Assembly: GCA_963715635.1 (NCBI GenBank)
Contig: OY970261.1
Span: 3,121,011-3,185,010, forward strand
Direction of reading: 5' to 3'
From: Candidatus Aminicenantes bacterium
GTDB taxonomy: Bacteria > Acidobacteriota > Aminicenantia > Aminicenantales > UBA4085
DNA: 64,000 bases
Positions within the stretch are counted from its first letter, which is position 1, and every line of letters starts with the position of its first letter. The notes beneath the pieces are model-generated. The model saw nothing but the letters and a program-made list of their open reading frames with translations. It searched no databases and was not told the origin of the DNA. Below are positions 27,841-37,728 of the stretch, piece by piece. The translations under genes were made by a program, and so were the position numbers.

Positions 27841-28872
27841 CTAACGAATTTCGCGGCGGATGTCCAAACGCGGTGAAATTTCGTATTGATCCTTGTCCAG
27901 GTCGATGACGACCTTCGTTCCGTCGGCATAGGTGAATTCCTGTCTTCGATAATCGCCTCCCAAAAACGTGTGATTGACGAGTTCTAGAAGACCGACCCGC
28001 TCCTGCAGGGTGCACATCGTCCGCACCCGCGCCAATTCCTCTTCCGACGGGCTCAAAGAAAGATAGGGAATGCCCGCATTAGCCAGCCCGTGGAGAAAAC
28101 CCAGCTCTTTTTCCGGAATGCCCCACGCTCCTCGCCCCAGGGGCCAGGGCAGGACGAGCGCATCGTGATAGACCAGGTTGAAGAGCGGCACGGGGATTCC
28201 CATCGCCGGACCCTGGCCCGGGTTGGGGTCCAAGGCATAGGGCCCGTGATGGACGAGGTCGATGTGAGGGACGGCCCAGTCGGCGGGCTCTTCGGAGCTG
28301 ACAATGCCTCCCCAGGACCGCACAAAATCCAGACAGTCGCCGCGATACTCCAAACACTCCGCCCGAGTGACTGGATGCTCGGGATTGTAGCATTCATCGG
28401 GTGGGACGACGGCAAAGACATCGAGATAGGCGCCTCGCATCTTTACGCCGTGGTCGAGAATCGCCCCGTGATTTTTCTTCACATAGCCCAGGGCCAGGCT
28501 CGGGCATAAGAAAGACTGCGCTCCACCGTACCAGGTGCTGTGAAAGGAGCGGTTTCCATCCTCGTCGAGGACGGTATGCCGCGGGTTATAAGATTTTGCG
28601 TCCAGATAATAGTCGCGGTACTGGTCGTGAATGGCGAAGACATAACCTAGATCATCGCAGGCCTGGGCAAAACGTGCCATTCCCTCCCAGCCTCCGGCCT
28701 CCGGGCAGGGCGGCAGGATGTCTGGATGAAGGTTGTCATAGCCGCGAAATCCCCAGCCGTCGAGATGGACGTAAGCACGCTGAATCCCTGTTTTGGCAAG
28801 CTCGAGGAAGCTCAGCCGCCCTTTTGTCAAAAGTGACCAGCTGATGGTTTTTCGCAGGATTCTCTTTGTCAT
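27841..28872 (-). CDS. C-terminal glycosidase-like portion of a long sialidase/BNR fusion gene (separated from the upstream portion by an apparent frameshift)
   Basis: 343-aa ORF that overlaps the 3-prime end of 28736-30895 in another frame. Protein-like sequence throughout (YVHLDGWGFRGYD...HDQYRDYYLDAKSYNP...). Confidence 0.5.
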   Translation of the reverse strand: MTKRILRKTISWSLLTKGRLSFLELAKTGIQRAYVHLDGWGFRGYDNLHPDILPPCPEAGGWEGMARFAQACDDLGYVFAIHDQYRDYYLDAKSYNPRHTVLDEDGNRSFHSTWYGGAQSFLCPSLALGYVKKNHGAILDHGVKMRGAYLDVFAVVPPDECYNPEHPVTRAECLEYRGDCLDFVRSWGGIVSSEEPADWAVPHIDLVHHGPYALDPNPGQGPAMGIPVPLFNLVYHDALVLPWPLGRGAWGIPEKELGFLHGLANAGIPYLSLSPSEEELARVRTMCTLQERVGLLELVNHTFLGGDYRRQEFTYADGTKVVIDLDKDQYEISPRLDIRREIR

Positions 28873-30895
28873 AATAGCTCGACCCGGGCTGGATATGGTA
28901 AAGGATGCTAGTGTGAACGACGGGAGCGCCGATGAGCTTGGCTACGAGAGGGTTCCAGCTGATCTTTTCTTTAAGAGAGACAAAACGTCCCGTTTCGATC
29001 ATGTAACGCCGGTAACGCTTGGCCAGGTCCACATAATTGCCTTTCTCCAAGAAGCAGAAACGAACCCGGCGTGGGTAGGCCCATCGGCCCAGCGAATGGA
29101 CCCAACGGACTTCCATGCGCGTGGGACCGCCGGCGGGATGCTCGAATCGGCAGCCGGCGTCCGCGGGAGTTTCAAGCAGCACCAGGACCGCGGTCTGGCC
29201 TTGCTGATGTCCCCACCAGGGCATGTACAGCCCGCGGCCGTAAGATAGAGTGTCATAGAGCCAGACTTTCTTTGGCCAATCTTTCGGGAGCAGCATCCCC
29301 TGCATGAAAGGGACGACAGTGGCGTCGAACGCTCCGGAATCGAAGGCCTGCGGCCAGAGACATTCCCGGATCCGTGTCTCTCCATCCGTGGCGACGATCT
29401 CGCAAGCAAGGTCTTCATCAACGCCCTCCAGGGCCACAGAAAGCCGGAGCGCTAGATCAAGCGGACCTTCTTCGCCGCGAAAATCCTGGAGCTCGATTTT
29501 CAACCCGGCCTTAAACCCTGTCTTGTACGGAAAGATCCGTTTGGTCGCCGCATCTGCCAGCTTGAGCTGATAGACCTTTCCCGAGGAACGCACGACCAGG
29601 TCTCCCGAAAAGGAAGAGATCATCGGCCAGGCGACGGAACCTGCCTTGACCGTCATTTGGAGGTCCCCCGGATTAATCTCGACTTTATGCTTTCGGCCGG
29701 AGATCTGCCAATGTCCCTGTTCCAGCCCGACTTGGATGTCGGGCGCCCCCCAGCCGGCTTGTCTATCTTTTCTTTCTATCCTTTTGGAACCCTTAAACGA
29801 GAGCCATTCAATCCCCGAAGGCGTTGCCCGAAAGCGCCTGGCCCGGATGTTCGACCCTTCGCCTTCTTCATAGTAAACAATCAAAACAGAGCCGTCCTTG
29901 AGGTTGACCATCGAAGGATACGCGCCGCCGAAATCATCAACGGGAACGTTCTCGCTCCAGGTCCGACACTCGTCCAGGCTGTAATGAAGAGAGGTCTGGG
30001 GGAGGCGGTGGGCGAGAATGATGATGTCGTCCTTTGTTCGCAAGAGGTAGGGGCAGTGGCCTGGAAAGCCGATCGGCTTCGAAACGCTCCAGGTCCGCCC
30101 GCCGTCCTTGGAGACGGAATAGCACATCGTCGTTGCGGGCTCGCGCTGAATGGCATAGAGAGAGCCATCCTTGAGCGGAAGGACATCGGTTTCGGCATCG
30201 AGTTTGTAGCCGCCGTTATTGATATCGATCGGCTGGCCCCACGTTTTGCCGCCGTCCTCGCTCATGATGACCGCGCCCCAGCTTTTATCTTTTTCTTCCC
30301 GGTAAAGGCCGAGAACCAGCCGGCCGTCGGGAAGCTCACGGATGGGCGAGCTGCAATAATAGTCAGGAGAGATGAGCTGCGGTTGGGACCAGGTTTTGCC
30401 AAGGTCATCGGACGACACAAGCCACGTCCCCAGTCCCTGCCAAGGCTTGCCTTCCGCTTTTCTCAAAGAAAAGAAATTACAGAGAAGCCTGCCGGATTTG
30501 AGCTGAACGAGGGAAGGATCGCGGTCGTCGTCCGGCCCGTCGTAGAGGAGGCGCGCCCTGGTCCAGGTCCGGCCGTCATCGCTCGAGAGGGCATAACAAA
30601 CTCTGCCGCCTTTCGGCCACTGCTTGTTGGGAAGGGAGACATGGCCGTAACCGGCATAAAAGACGGCCATCAACCTGCCGTCTTTCAAGCGGAAGACATC
30701 GGGAAATGCTTCGTATCCTCCCGCTCCGGCATCCCTGCAGATATAGACAAATTCGTTTCCCTCCTGCTCACCGGACGCGGGCTGCTTAAGATATCCGGTC
30801 CCCATGGACAAGAGCAGGAAAAGGACTGTGACAAAGAGCGGATAGAATAGACGGCCTCTCATGCTTCCCTCCTCTATGCCACTCTGATAACACAA
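28736..30895 (-). CDS. Secreted BNR/Asp-box repeat sialidase-like beta-propeller protein (N-terminal portion of the long gene)
   Basis: Signal peptide MRGRLFYPLFVTVLFLLLSMGTG. Asp-box repeats SDDGRTW, SDDLGKTW, SEDGGKTW, SKDGGRTW, LDECRTW. About 350 aa of additional domain follow. Confidence 0.7.
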   Translation of the reverse strand: MCYQSGIEEGSMRGRLFYPLFVTVLFLLLSMGTGYLKQPASGEQEGNEFVYICRDAGAGGYEAFPDVFRLKDGRLMAVFYAGYGHVSLPNKQWPKGGRVCYALSSDDGRTWTRARLLYDGPDDDRDPSLVQLKSGRLLCNFFSLRKAEGKPWQGLGTWLVSSDDLGKTWSQPQLISPDYYCSSPIRELPDGRLVLGLYREEKDKSWGAVIMSEDGGKTWGQPIDINNGGYKLDAETDVLPLKDGSLYAIQREPATTMCYSVSKDGGRTWSVSKPIGFPGHCPYLLRTKDDIIILAHRLPQTSLHYSLDECRTWSENVPVDDFGGAYPSMVNLKDGSVLIVYYEEGEGSNIRARRFRATPSGIEWLSFKGSKRIERKDRQAGWGAPDIQVGLEQGHWQISGRKHKVEINPGDLQMTVKAGSVAWPMISSFSGDLVVRSSGKVYQLKLADAATKRIFPYKTGFKAGLKIELQDFRGEEGPLDLALRLSVALEGVDEDLACEIVATDGETRIRECLWPQAFDSGAFDATVVPFMQGMLLPKDWPKKVWLYDTLSYGRGLYMPWWGHQQGQTAVLVLLETPADAGCRFEHPAGGPTRMEVRWVHSLGRWAYPRRVRFCFLEKGNYVDLAKRYRRYMIETGRFVSLKEKISWNPLVAKLIGAPVVHTSILYHIQPGSSYYDKENPAKNHQLVTFDKRAAELPRACQNRDSACLRPSRRLGISRL

Positions 30896-30963
30896 GACCG
30901 CTTTTCTGTCAAAATACTTTAGGGCTTAGACGGAAAGAGAGATGCTTGGGCGAGGAAGTCGCT

Positions 30964-31992
30964 TTAGGCTTTGAACCCCACGGTGGAAAATTTGGCTTTT
31001 TCTTTCAATTTGGCCAGGTGCGACTCGAACGCGGCCGTCTTTTTTTGCTGTTTGATCTGCTCCTCGAGCTGCGTCTTGACCTGGTCCAGGGGCAAGGTCT
31101 CCTTGCTCCGTCCTTCCACTTTGAGAATATGGTAGCCGAATGTCGTTTCTACGATACCGCTGATCTGACCCACAGGAACAGAAAAAACGGCGTCCTCGAA
31201 AGGCTTGGCCGTCTGTCCCCGGCTGATATTCGCATAAAGCCCGCCGTTATCCTTCGAGCCGGGGTCTTCGGAATACTGTTTGGCGAGCCCGGCAAAGTCC
31301 TCGCCGTTCTTAACCTTGGCCAGGATGTCCTCAGTCTTTTTCCGGATATCCGCTTTCTCCTGATCGCTCTTTCCTTGGGTGAGAAGCAGGATATGCCTGA
31401 CCGAAGCCGTCTTGTCTTCTATATAAGCTTTTTGAATCTCCGCGTCCGTCGCTTTGATCGTATTGAAAAGATCCGTCTCGAGGTATTTTTGGATGAGGAG
31501 GCTTTCCTCGACGCCCTTCTTGAAGTTTTCGATGGCAATGCCGTTTGTCTTCAGCATTTCGAGAAACTGCGTCTCGCCGCCGGCCTGACTGTACTGGACG
31601 TCTATAGCTTTTTTCAGCTCGTCCGGAGTGACGGATCTTTTCGCCTTGGCGGCTGCGGCCAGCAATAACTTTCTCTCTCCCAAGCGGACAGCGTTCTGCT
31701 CCATGGCGTTTTTCAAGTTTTGGGCATCGAGAGTTTTGAGTTGGGCTGCTCGGTTCCCCATTCTATCCTGGAATGTCTGGATGACATCTCCCGCCGTGAC
31801 TGTGAACTCTTTTGTCGTGATCATGACTTCATTTTTATCCGGGTCGAGCCTGGGCAAGATGGCGGTGAGGTCCTTCGCCAACTGATAGGCCGGCGTTCCC
31901 TGCTGGAGCTTGGCGCTCTCCTTTTTGGAAGAGCAGCCGGTGGCGACGACGGCCATAACAATAAAAATAACGAATATCTTCTTCATCGACAT
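30964..31992 (-). CDS. Peptidylprolyl isomerase, SurA/PrsA-like parvulin lipoprotein
   Basis: Lipobox VATGC. Parvulin domain (RHILLLTQGKSDQEKADIRKKTEDILAKVKNGEDFAGLAKQYSEDPGSKDNGGLY...TTFGYHILKVEGR). Confidence 0.75.
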   Translation of the reverse strand: MSMKKIFVIFIVMAVVATGCSSKKESAKLQQGTPAYQLAKDLTAILPRLDPDKNEVMITTKEFTVTAGDVIQTFQDRMGNRAAQLKTLDAQNLKNAMEQNAVRLGERKLLLAAAAKAKRSVTPDELKKAIDVQYSQAGGETQFLEMLKTNGIAIENFKKGVEESLLIQKYLETDLFNTIKATDAEIQKAYIEDKTASVRHILLLTQGKSDQEKADIRKKTEDILAKVKNGEDFAGLAKQYSEDPGSKDNGGLYANISRGQTAKPFEDAVFSVPVGQISGIVETTFGYHILKVEGRSKETLPLDQVKTQLEEQIKQQKKTAAFESHLAKLKEKAKFSTVGFKA

Positions 31993-32148
31993 CTCCTAAG
32001 ATTGAGAAACAGCCTGATAGTAAACCACATATGGTGACGAATTACAAAGGAAATTTCCCGCCTGTTGATCTCAACAATGAACAGATGAGCCTTTTCAACC
32101 GCGACTTAAAGCTCGGCGACTCGATGTTTCTAATTTGAGAACGAGAAC

Positions 32149-32520
32149 TTAATACTCCAGGACAATGTCGTCCTGTGTATCGAACACTTTGTCTTTCCCG
32201 GCGGAGACCAGGCGGAACGAAGAATCCGAGAGCCTCTCGTACTTGAACGGCTTCCCCCAGCCGTCGAGCATGTTTCCCATGAGCAAGTTGGCCGTCCGCA
32301 GCTCCTGGAGATTCTTGGGGGGTTGGCCTTCACTGGCGATGAAGGATTGGATGATTTTCTGGAGGGTTTGCATATTCACTTTGGTCAGCTCCTCTTTGGC
32401 CTGCTCAAAACGGTCCACCTGCTGTTCCAAATGCGTCTTATCGCCCGACTTGGAAAACCAGATGAGATAGACGATCGCCACCGCCAATATCAGGACAACC
32501 AAAAGCCCTCGGGCCTTCAT
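32149..32520 (-). CDS. Pseudopilin-like (GspG C-terminal-domain-like) membrane-anchored protein lacking a prepilin motif
   Basis: N-terminal TM (LLVVLILAVAIVYLIWF). C-terminal LDGWGKPFKYERLSDSSFRLVSAGKDKVFDTQDDIV resembles the GspG DPWG...SxGxDG...DDI region. No G-F-T-L-I-E cleavage site. Confidence 0.4.
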   Translation of the reverse strand: MKARGLLVVLILAVAIVYLIWFSKSGDKTHLEQQVDRFEQAKEELTKVNMQTLQKIIQSFIASEGQPPKNLQELRTANLLMGNMLDGWGKPFKYERLSDSSFRLVSAGKDKVFDTQDDIVLEY

Positions 32521-32588
32521 GCTTGCTTGCCTCTCAGCTTAACCCAAAGACGACGATATTGTCAAAATCGCCCTCGACGAGAATTCGG

Positions 32589-33242
32589 TCAAAGATCGAC
32601 TTTGAATTCCAGGATTTCCCCGAAGCCTTTGATCCTCTCGCCGAATTTCTGCTCTTTTTTAGACGGAGACTGGAAGTGGAAGCTGACGTGGCAAGACTCC
32701 TTCTCTTTTTTCAAGCTGAGGTCTTCTAATTTTATCCCGAGCTCGGAGGTCAGTTGTTTGAGATCCGTCAGGATCGTGGGACTGTCCTTGACTCTGAGTT
32801 GATAAAAAAATTGGGATTTTTTCGGGAACAATTCCTCGATCTTCCGGAACAGGACCAGGGTCAGGATAACCAGGCCCGAGAAAATCAGACCGATGACGTA
32901 ATAGCCGGCGCCGATGACAAGCCCCAGGCCTGTCACCGCCCACAGCGTGGACGCCGTCGTCAGTCCATGGACGACCCCGCGCGATTGGATGATCGTGCCG
33001 GCCCCGATGAAGCCCATGCCGGTGATCACGCCGGCCGCGATGCGCAGCGAATCTCCGGAGTTGGCGCCTCTTCCGGCAAGCATGACTTCGGAAAGGATCA
33101 TCATCATCGCCGAGCCGACGCAGATCATGATGTTCGTCCTCAGGCCGGCCGGCTTGTGGCTGAATTCCCTCTCCAACCCGATTAGACCTCCCAGGACGAT
33201 GGCCAGGATCAGTTTCAATACGATTTCACCCATGTTTCTCAA
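32589..33242 (-). CDS. MgtC/SapB family membrane protein
   Basis: GLIGLEREFSHKPAGLRTN...GAGTIIQSRG..., then an ACT-like C-terminus. Confidence 0.7.
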   Translation of the reverse strand: MRNMGEIVLKLILAIVLGGLIGLEREFSHKPAGLRTNIMICVGSAMMMILSEVMLAGRGANSGDSLRIAAGVITGMGFIGAGTIIQSRGVVHGLTTASTLWAVTGLGLVIGAGYYVIGLIFSGLVILTLVLFRKIEELFPKKSQFFYQLRVKDSPTILTDLKQLTSELGIKLEDLSLKKEKESCHVSFHFQSPSKKEQKFGERIKGFGEILEFKVDL

Positions 33243-33432
33243 TCCCTTAACGATTTGATTATACCATTGTTATCATGGAGGCGCATCCCAAATTCCACGA
33301 AAGGTTCGATGGATCCTGTCACGGACGTGCCACCCATCATATACCTTATTGTGGATTTGAAATGCTTGGTTATGAGAGAACCTCAAGAAAAATTGGCATA
33401 ACTTATGATAAAATGATAGAAAGGAAAATGTT

Positions 33433-34470
33433 ATGAGAAAGCTTTTCTACGTGTCAACATTTCTGCTGGCTTTCTTCGCGCTCCTATTCTTGTTTGGCTT
33501 GCCCCTCCGGGCGCAGCTGACGGAGGACGAGCGGAACACGATCGACATCGTCAAAAAGACAAAAAACTCCGTCGTGTTCATCACCAATATCCAGCTCGTC
33601 CGCGATTTCTTCTTCAACCAAGAGCAGGTTCCCAGGGGGAGCGGGTCCGGGTTTATCTGGGACGCCCTGGGCCACATCGTGACCAACTACCATGTCATCG
33701 AGGAAGGGGATATTTTCAGCGTCGCTCTGCCCAACAAGGAACAGCGGCAGGCCCGGATTGTCGGCAAGGAGCCGAGCAAAGATATTGCCGTCCTTCTCAT
33801 CCAGGGCGACCTAAAAAGCCTGTCCCCCTTGAAGGCCGGATCCTCGAACAACCTCGAGGTAGGCCAAAAAGTGATCGCCATCGGGAATCCGTTCGGCTTT
33901 GACTATACCGTGACCAAGGGCATTGTCAGCGCCCTGGGAAGAAGAATATTGGGAGTCGGCGGAGTCACCATCCGCGATATGATCCAGACAGATGCCTCGA
34001 TTAATCCCGGCAACTCGGGCGGCCCGCTATTGAATTCGAACGGGGAGCTGATCGGGATGAACACGCTGATCGTCTCTCCATCGGGCGCCTCGAGCGGCGT
34101 CGGATTCGCCGTGCCTGTTGATACAATCAACAAAATCGTCCCTCAGCTCATCCGCTTTGGAAAAGTGACCAAGCCCGGGCTTCCGTTTTCGGTGCTCACC
34201 GATGAGCAAGCTCAACGATTCGGCGTCAACATCAGCGGCGTGGCTATTGTCCAAGCCCCTGCCGGGAGCGGCCTGAACGGCTTCAGCCGGGACCGCCGCG
34301 GCTATTTCTATATCGGTGACATCATCACGGCCATCGACCAGGCCAAGGTCAAGTCTTACGACGATCTCTATAGTGCGCTCGAAAATTACAAGATCGGGGA
34401 CTCGGTCACTCTGACGGTCGAGAGCGAGGGCAAGGCGCGCAAGGTCCAAATCAAGTTGGTCAGCGATTAA
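33433..34470 (+). CDS. Do/HtrA-family serine endopeptidase with one PDZ domain
   Basis: Signal peptide. Catalytic triad context: H (GHIVTNYHV), D (DIAVLLIQ), S (GNSGGPLL). C-terminal PDZ-like segment. Confidence 0.8.
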   Translation: MRKLFYVSTFLLAFFALLFLFGLPLRAQLTEDERNTIDIVKKTKNSVVFITNIQLVRDFFFNQEQVPRGSGSGFIWDALGHIVTNYHVIEEGDIFSVALPNKEQRQARIVGKEPSKDIAVLLIQGDLKSLSPLKAGSSNNLEVGQKVIAIGNPFGFDYTVTKGIVSALGRRILGVGGVTIRDMIQTDASINPGNSGGPLLNSNGELIGMNTLIVSPSGASSGVGFAVPVDTINKIVPQLIRFGKVTKPGLPFSVLTDEQAQRFGVNISGVAIVQAPAGSGLNGFSRDRRGYFYIGDIITAIDQAKVKSYDDLYSALENYKIGDSVTLTVESEGKARKVQIKLVSD

Positions 34471-34559
34471 AATCATACGATTCATCGCGGTTTTCCAATC
34501 ATCCGGCCCAAACGACGACCAAACTAGGGAGATACGTCTCCATTGAATCGGACAAGAGC

Positions 34560-35249
34560 ATGAACACGTCGAGAAAATTCCTGGCGGCGACCCTGCTTGC
34601 GCTCATCGCCGTATCCCCGGCCTTAGCGGAAGGGAACAGGTATTCCAAGGATGGATTTTTTATCGGGCTGTCCGGCTACAACCTGTCCCCCGGAGGCGAT
34701 TTGAACAAAGGCCTGGTGCTGTGGCATTTCGAGAAAGCATTTTTTATCCCGAGAATGCAGAAAGCTACGGGATTCGCCTTGGGCCTCGGCTATAAAAAAT
34801 CGTCCTCTCTTTGGGACCTTGTTTTTCTTCGCTCATCCCATAAAACCAATTTGCAGGGAACGGAAAGCGAGTCAACGTTTAATTCGATCGAGGTCAGCGG
34901 CAGGGTATTTCTTCTAAAATACGCGCCCATCCAACCCTATGTCCTCTTCGGCCTCAGCATTCCCTGGATCCATGTCCGGAACGGAGCTCAGTTGTATGAC
35001 ACGACCAGCAACGCCACCTATTACGGGATGGGGCTCAATCTGGGCGGCGGGATCACGATCCATCTGCTCCCCCGGCTGTTTATTAGCGGCGGGGTCGTTT
35101 ACCGATATCTCGGATTTCTCTATGTGTCCGGCGAAGGCAAAGGAAGAGATATCAATGACCTGCGGGTTGGATACGGCGGACCCGAGTGGGGCAAGCTGCT
35201 CCGGACCCAAAGCCTCGGCCTGGCCTTCGGTATGGGCTTCACCTTTTAA
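34560..35249 (+). CDS. Outer-membrane beta-barrel protein (OmpA-like barrel/porin family 1)
   Basis: Signal peptide (ALIAVSPALAEG). Alternating amphipathic strands. C-terminal beta-signal ending GLAFGMGFTF. Confidence 0.6.
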   Translation: MNTSRKFLAATLLALIAVSPALAEGNRYSKDGFFIGLSGYNLSPGGDLNKGLVLWHFEKAFFIPRMQKATGFALGLGYKKSSSLWDLVFLRSSHKTNLQGTESESTFNSIEVSGRVFLLKYAPIQPYVLFGLSIPWIHVRNGAQLYDTTSNATYYGMGLNLGGGITIHLLPRLFISGGVVYRYLGFLYVSGEGKGRDINDLRVGYGGPEWGKLLRTQSLGLAFGMGFTF

Positions 35250-35442
35250 AGAGGGGACAGTATTTCTTTTAGACCAGAGAGAAGCGTTTTCTCTTTTTTC
35301 CTGCCTCTTTAGGGGAGCATTTCTAATCCGATGAATAAAGACTATCTAAAAAGACCATGGAAAAAGAAATGCTTGCCCTTTTTCTCTGGACATTTTTCCG
35401 GAAGTTAAGGCAAAATTAGAGATTATACGGAGGAGGAATACG

Positions 35443-35952
35443 ATGTGGCATTCCAATCTTAACGGCACATGGTTATTGCTTGCTCTGGTCACGGTTCCCT
35501 TGATCATCGGCCTGGCCGCCGGGCCACAAGGAACAAAATCGGTTCTGAAGAGCGGCCAAGCCAAGGGGACATTTGACAGAAACGGGAAGGTCATCCCGCT
35601 GACTCATGCTTTCGTCTATGTCGATCAGAAGGACAGCCGGAAGCCCGTCCTTCTGCTCATCGCCGACCGCGCCGTGCCGGCGGAAAGCTGGACGAGTGAG
35701 TTCGATTTCATGAGATACCATAGGGATCATCCTTTCGTCGGAATTTGTTTTTGGCTGGACAAGGACCGCGAGGTGTTCAGGAATGACTATTACTGGGAAG
35801 GACGCCAGACGAGCACGATGGGGGTCTTCGAACTCGGGCTGGAGAAAAGCGAACCCAAGACCTTTGCCGGCAGGGCCTGGTCCACGTCGGCCGCCGCGAC
35901 CGGTGATGACAAAATCAAGCTCGAAGTCTCGTTTAGCACCGCTTTTAAGTAG
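35443..35952 (+). CDS. Hypothetical exported protein
   Basis: N-terminal hydrophobic segment (WLLLALVTVPLIIGLAAG). No family recognised. Confidence 0.4.
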   Translation: MWHSNLNGTWLLLALVTVPLIIGLAAGPQGTKSVLKSGQAKGTFDRNGKVIPLTHAFVYVDQKDSRKPVLLLIADRAVPAESWTSEFDFMRYHRDHPFVGICFWLDKDREVFRNDYYWEGRQTSTMGVFELGLEKSEPKTFAGRAWSTSAAATGDDKIKLEVSFSTAFK

Positions 35953-36024
35953 GTTAGCCCTGCCTGGGCCGAGTCGCCGCCATCGGCCGAGATCGCGGCC
36001 GACCGGATGCCACGGCGATGATAG

Positions 36025-36744
36025 CTATTTTTTCCGTCCGGAATATTTGGCCAGGGCGGCCTTGAGTTGCTCGACAACGGCCGGCGCTTTCATGGTCTCG
36101 CCGTAAAGGATTTCGCGGGCCGTAACATCACCCCGCCCGTAGAAAGCGCTGTCGGCGTCCTTGTCGATCTGGATAGAAGCTCCCTTGATAGACACGCCGG
36201 CGAACAGCCCTTTGGTCTTGGAATAGGAATAGATTTCCGCTTCCATCTCCAGGTCGGTGCTGGCTTCGGCCTGCCGTCCCACCGGACCCGCCGCCACGCT
36301 GATATCGGCCCCCAAGGTAATTTTTCCGGAAGCCATATTTCCGATGCTCTTCCGCGTCTTGAAGACCAGGATGATATCGGCTTTCTGGACCCCGATCTGC
36401 CAGCCGATGCTACCTCCGATGATCCTGATGAACGCCGGGTTGCTCCACGCTCCCGTCTCGCTCTTGATAACCACGATCCCCCGTCCGTATTGGCCGCCGA
36501 TGCCGTACGCGGCCTTGATCACGCCGGGAAACACGGCCAGGCCCTCCGCCTTATTGAGCAGGACGCCGGGCAGTGCCTCCTCGGGCTTGGGAAGCTCGAC
36601 GATCTCCTTGAGCACCTGAATAGATTTCTCGACCCGGTCGGCCTCTTGAGCCGCCTGCTTTTGTGAAGGCTGCATTCCCAGAAGACTTTGAGCAGAGACA
36701 AAAGAAAGGGACAATATAACCATAACCGCGAATCTTCTAAACAT
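36025..36744 (-). CDS. SYLF (Ysc84/DUF500) lipid-binding domain protein, secreted
   Basis: Signal peptide. Motif GLAVFPGVIKAAYGIGGQYGRGIVV...GGSIGWQIG...LGADISVAAGPVGR. Confidence 0.7.
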   Translation of the reverse strand: MFRRFAVMVILSLSFVSAQSLLGMQPSQKQAAQEADRVEKSIQVLKEIVELPKPEEALPGVLLNKAEGLAVFPGVIKAAYGIGGQYGRGIVVIKSETGAWSNPAFIRIIGGSIGWQIGVQKADIILVFKTRKSIGNMASGKITLGADISVAAGPVGRQAEASTDLEMEAEIYSYSKTKGLFAGVSIKGASIQIDKDADSAFYGRGDVTAREILYGETMKAPAVVEQLKAALAKYSGRKK

Positions 36745-36846
36745 TCCGCCCTCCCTCCTTATCAGTCCCGATAAATATATAACCCGTGAAAAACCAAAGT
36801 CAATAAGATCGCCCCTTTACAGAGGACAGAAGCTCTCTCATCTCTC

Positions 36847-37618
36847 TTATTTTCTGTTAACCATCGTCGCCGAGGCCTGGGCCGTTGGATAGACGACCAA
36901 CTCGCTGACATTGACGTGCTCCGGCCGTGTGGCGCAGAAAACGACGGCCTCGGCGATGTCGTCGGGCGCGAGCGGGGTCAGGCCCTGATAGACTTTTACA
37001 GCCCGTTCTCCATCCCCACGAAAGCGAACGAGGCTGAACTCGGTCTCGACCATGCCTGGGTCAACGCAGACTCACGCGCAGGGGTGTGCCCAAAAGGTCC
37101 AGGCGAAGCCCTTTGGACAGCGCGTTCACAGCCGCTTTCGTTGCGCAATAGACGTTGCCGTTGGGATAAATATCGCGTCCGGCGATCGAGCCGATGTTGA
37201 TGACATGTCCCCGGCCCCGGCGGACCATTCCCGGGATGACCGCCCGGCTGACATAAAGGAGTCCCTTGATGTTCGTATCGATCATCTCCTCCCAGTCGCT
37301 GACCTTCCCTTCATACAGCTTGTCCAGGCCGCGGCTCAGTCCGGCGTTGTTGACCAGGACGTCTATGTCTTGCCATTCCCGGGGAAGGGCGGAAATCGTG
37401 CTCTCCACGGCGGCTTGGTTGCGGACGTCGAGCTCGAAAAAATGCGATTCTGCGCCGAACTCAGCCTTAAGATCTGCAACCAGCTTTTCCAGGCGGCCCA
37501 GCCGGCGCGCCGCCAAGAGCAACCTGGCCCCCTCGCGGGCGAAAGCATGGGCGCAGGAGCGGCCGATTCCCGAGCTCGCTCCAGTGATGAAGACAATCTT
37601 ATCGCGAAGAAAAGTCAT
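36847..37618 (-). pseudogene. SDR-family oxidoreductase (YdfG-like) interrupted by a 1-nt frameshift
   Basis: 37061-37618 encodes TGASSGIGRS...YCATKAAV...GTPLRVSLR-stop. 36847-37053 continues in another frame with VCVDPGMVETEFSLVRF... Removing one C near 37062-37066 restores ...LRVSCVDPGMVETEF. Confidence 0.65.
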
Positions 37619-37728
37619 GGTCAGCCTCCAAGGATCTCATTGTACAAGAACTTTGATAAAAAGACAGGCATTTTTTATGGTAAAATTCTTCTGAATTTTA
37701 TCGATCCGATTTCTCGAGGATAAAACTT

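Noticed and set aside
29657-30850. 397-aa + strand ORF
   Set aside because: Lies entirely antisense to the BNR/Asp-box sialidase-like gene, whose motifs are unambiguous. Low-complexity R/P/G/A-rich translation is typical of spurious ORFs in GC-rich DNA.
33380-33432. TTGGCATAACTTATGAT resembling a sigma-54 -24/-12 promoter upstream of the HtrA-like gene
   Set aside because: The GG and GC dinucleotides are not at the required 10-bp spacing (the -12 element is GA, not GC). Probably coincidental.
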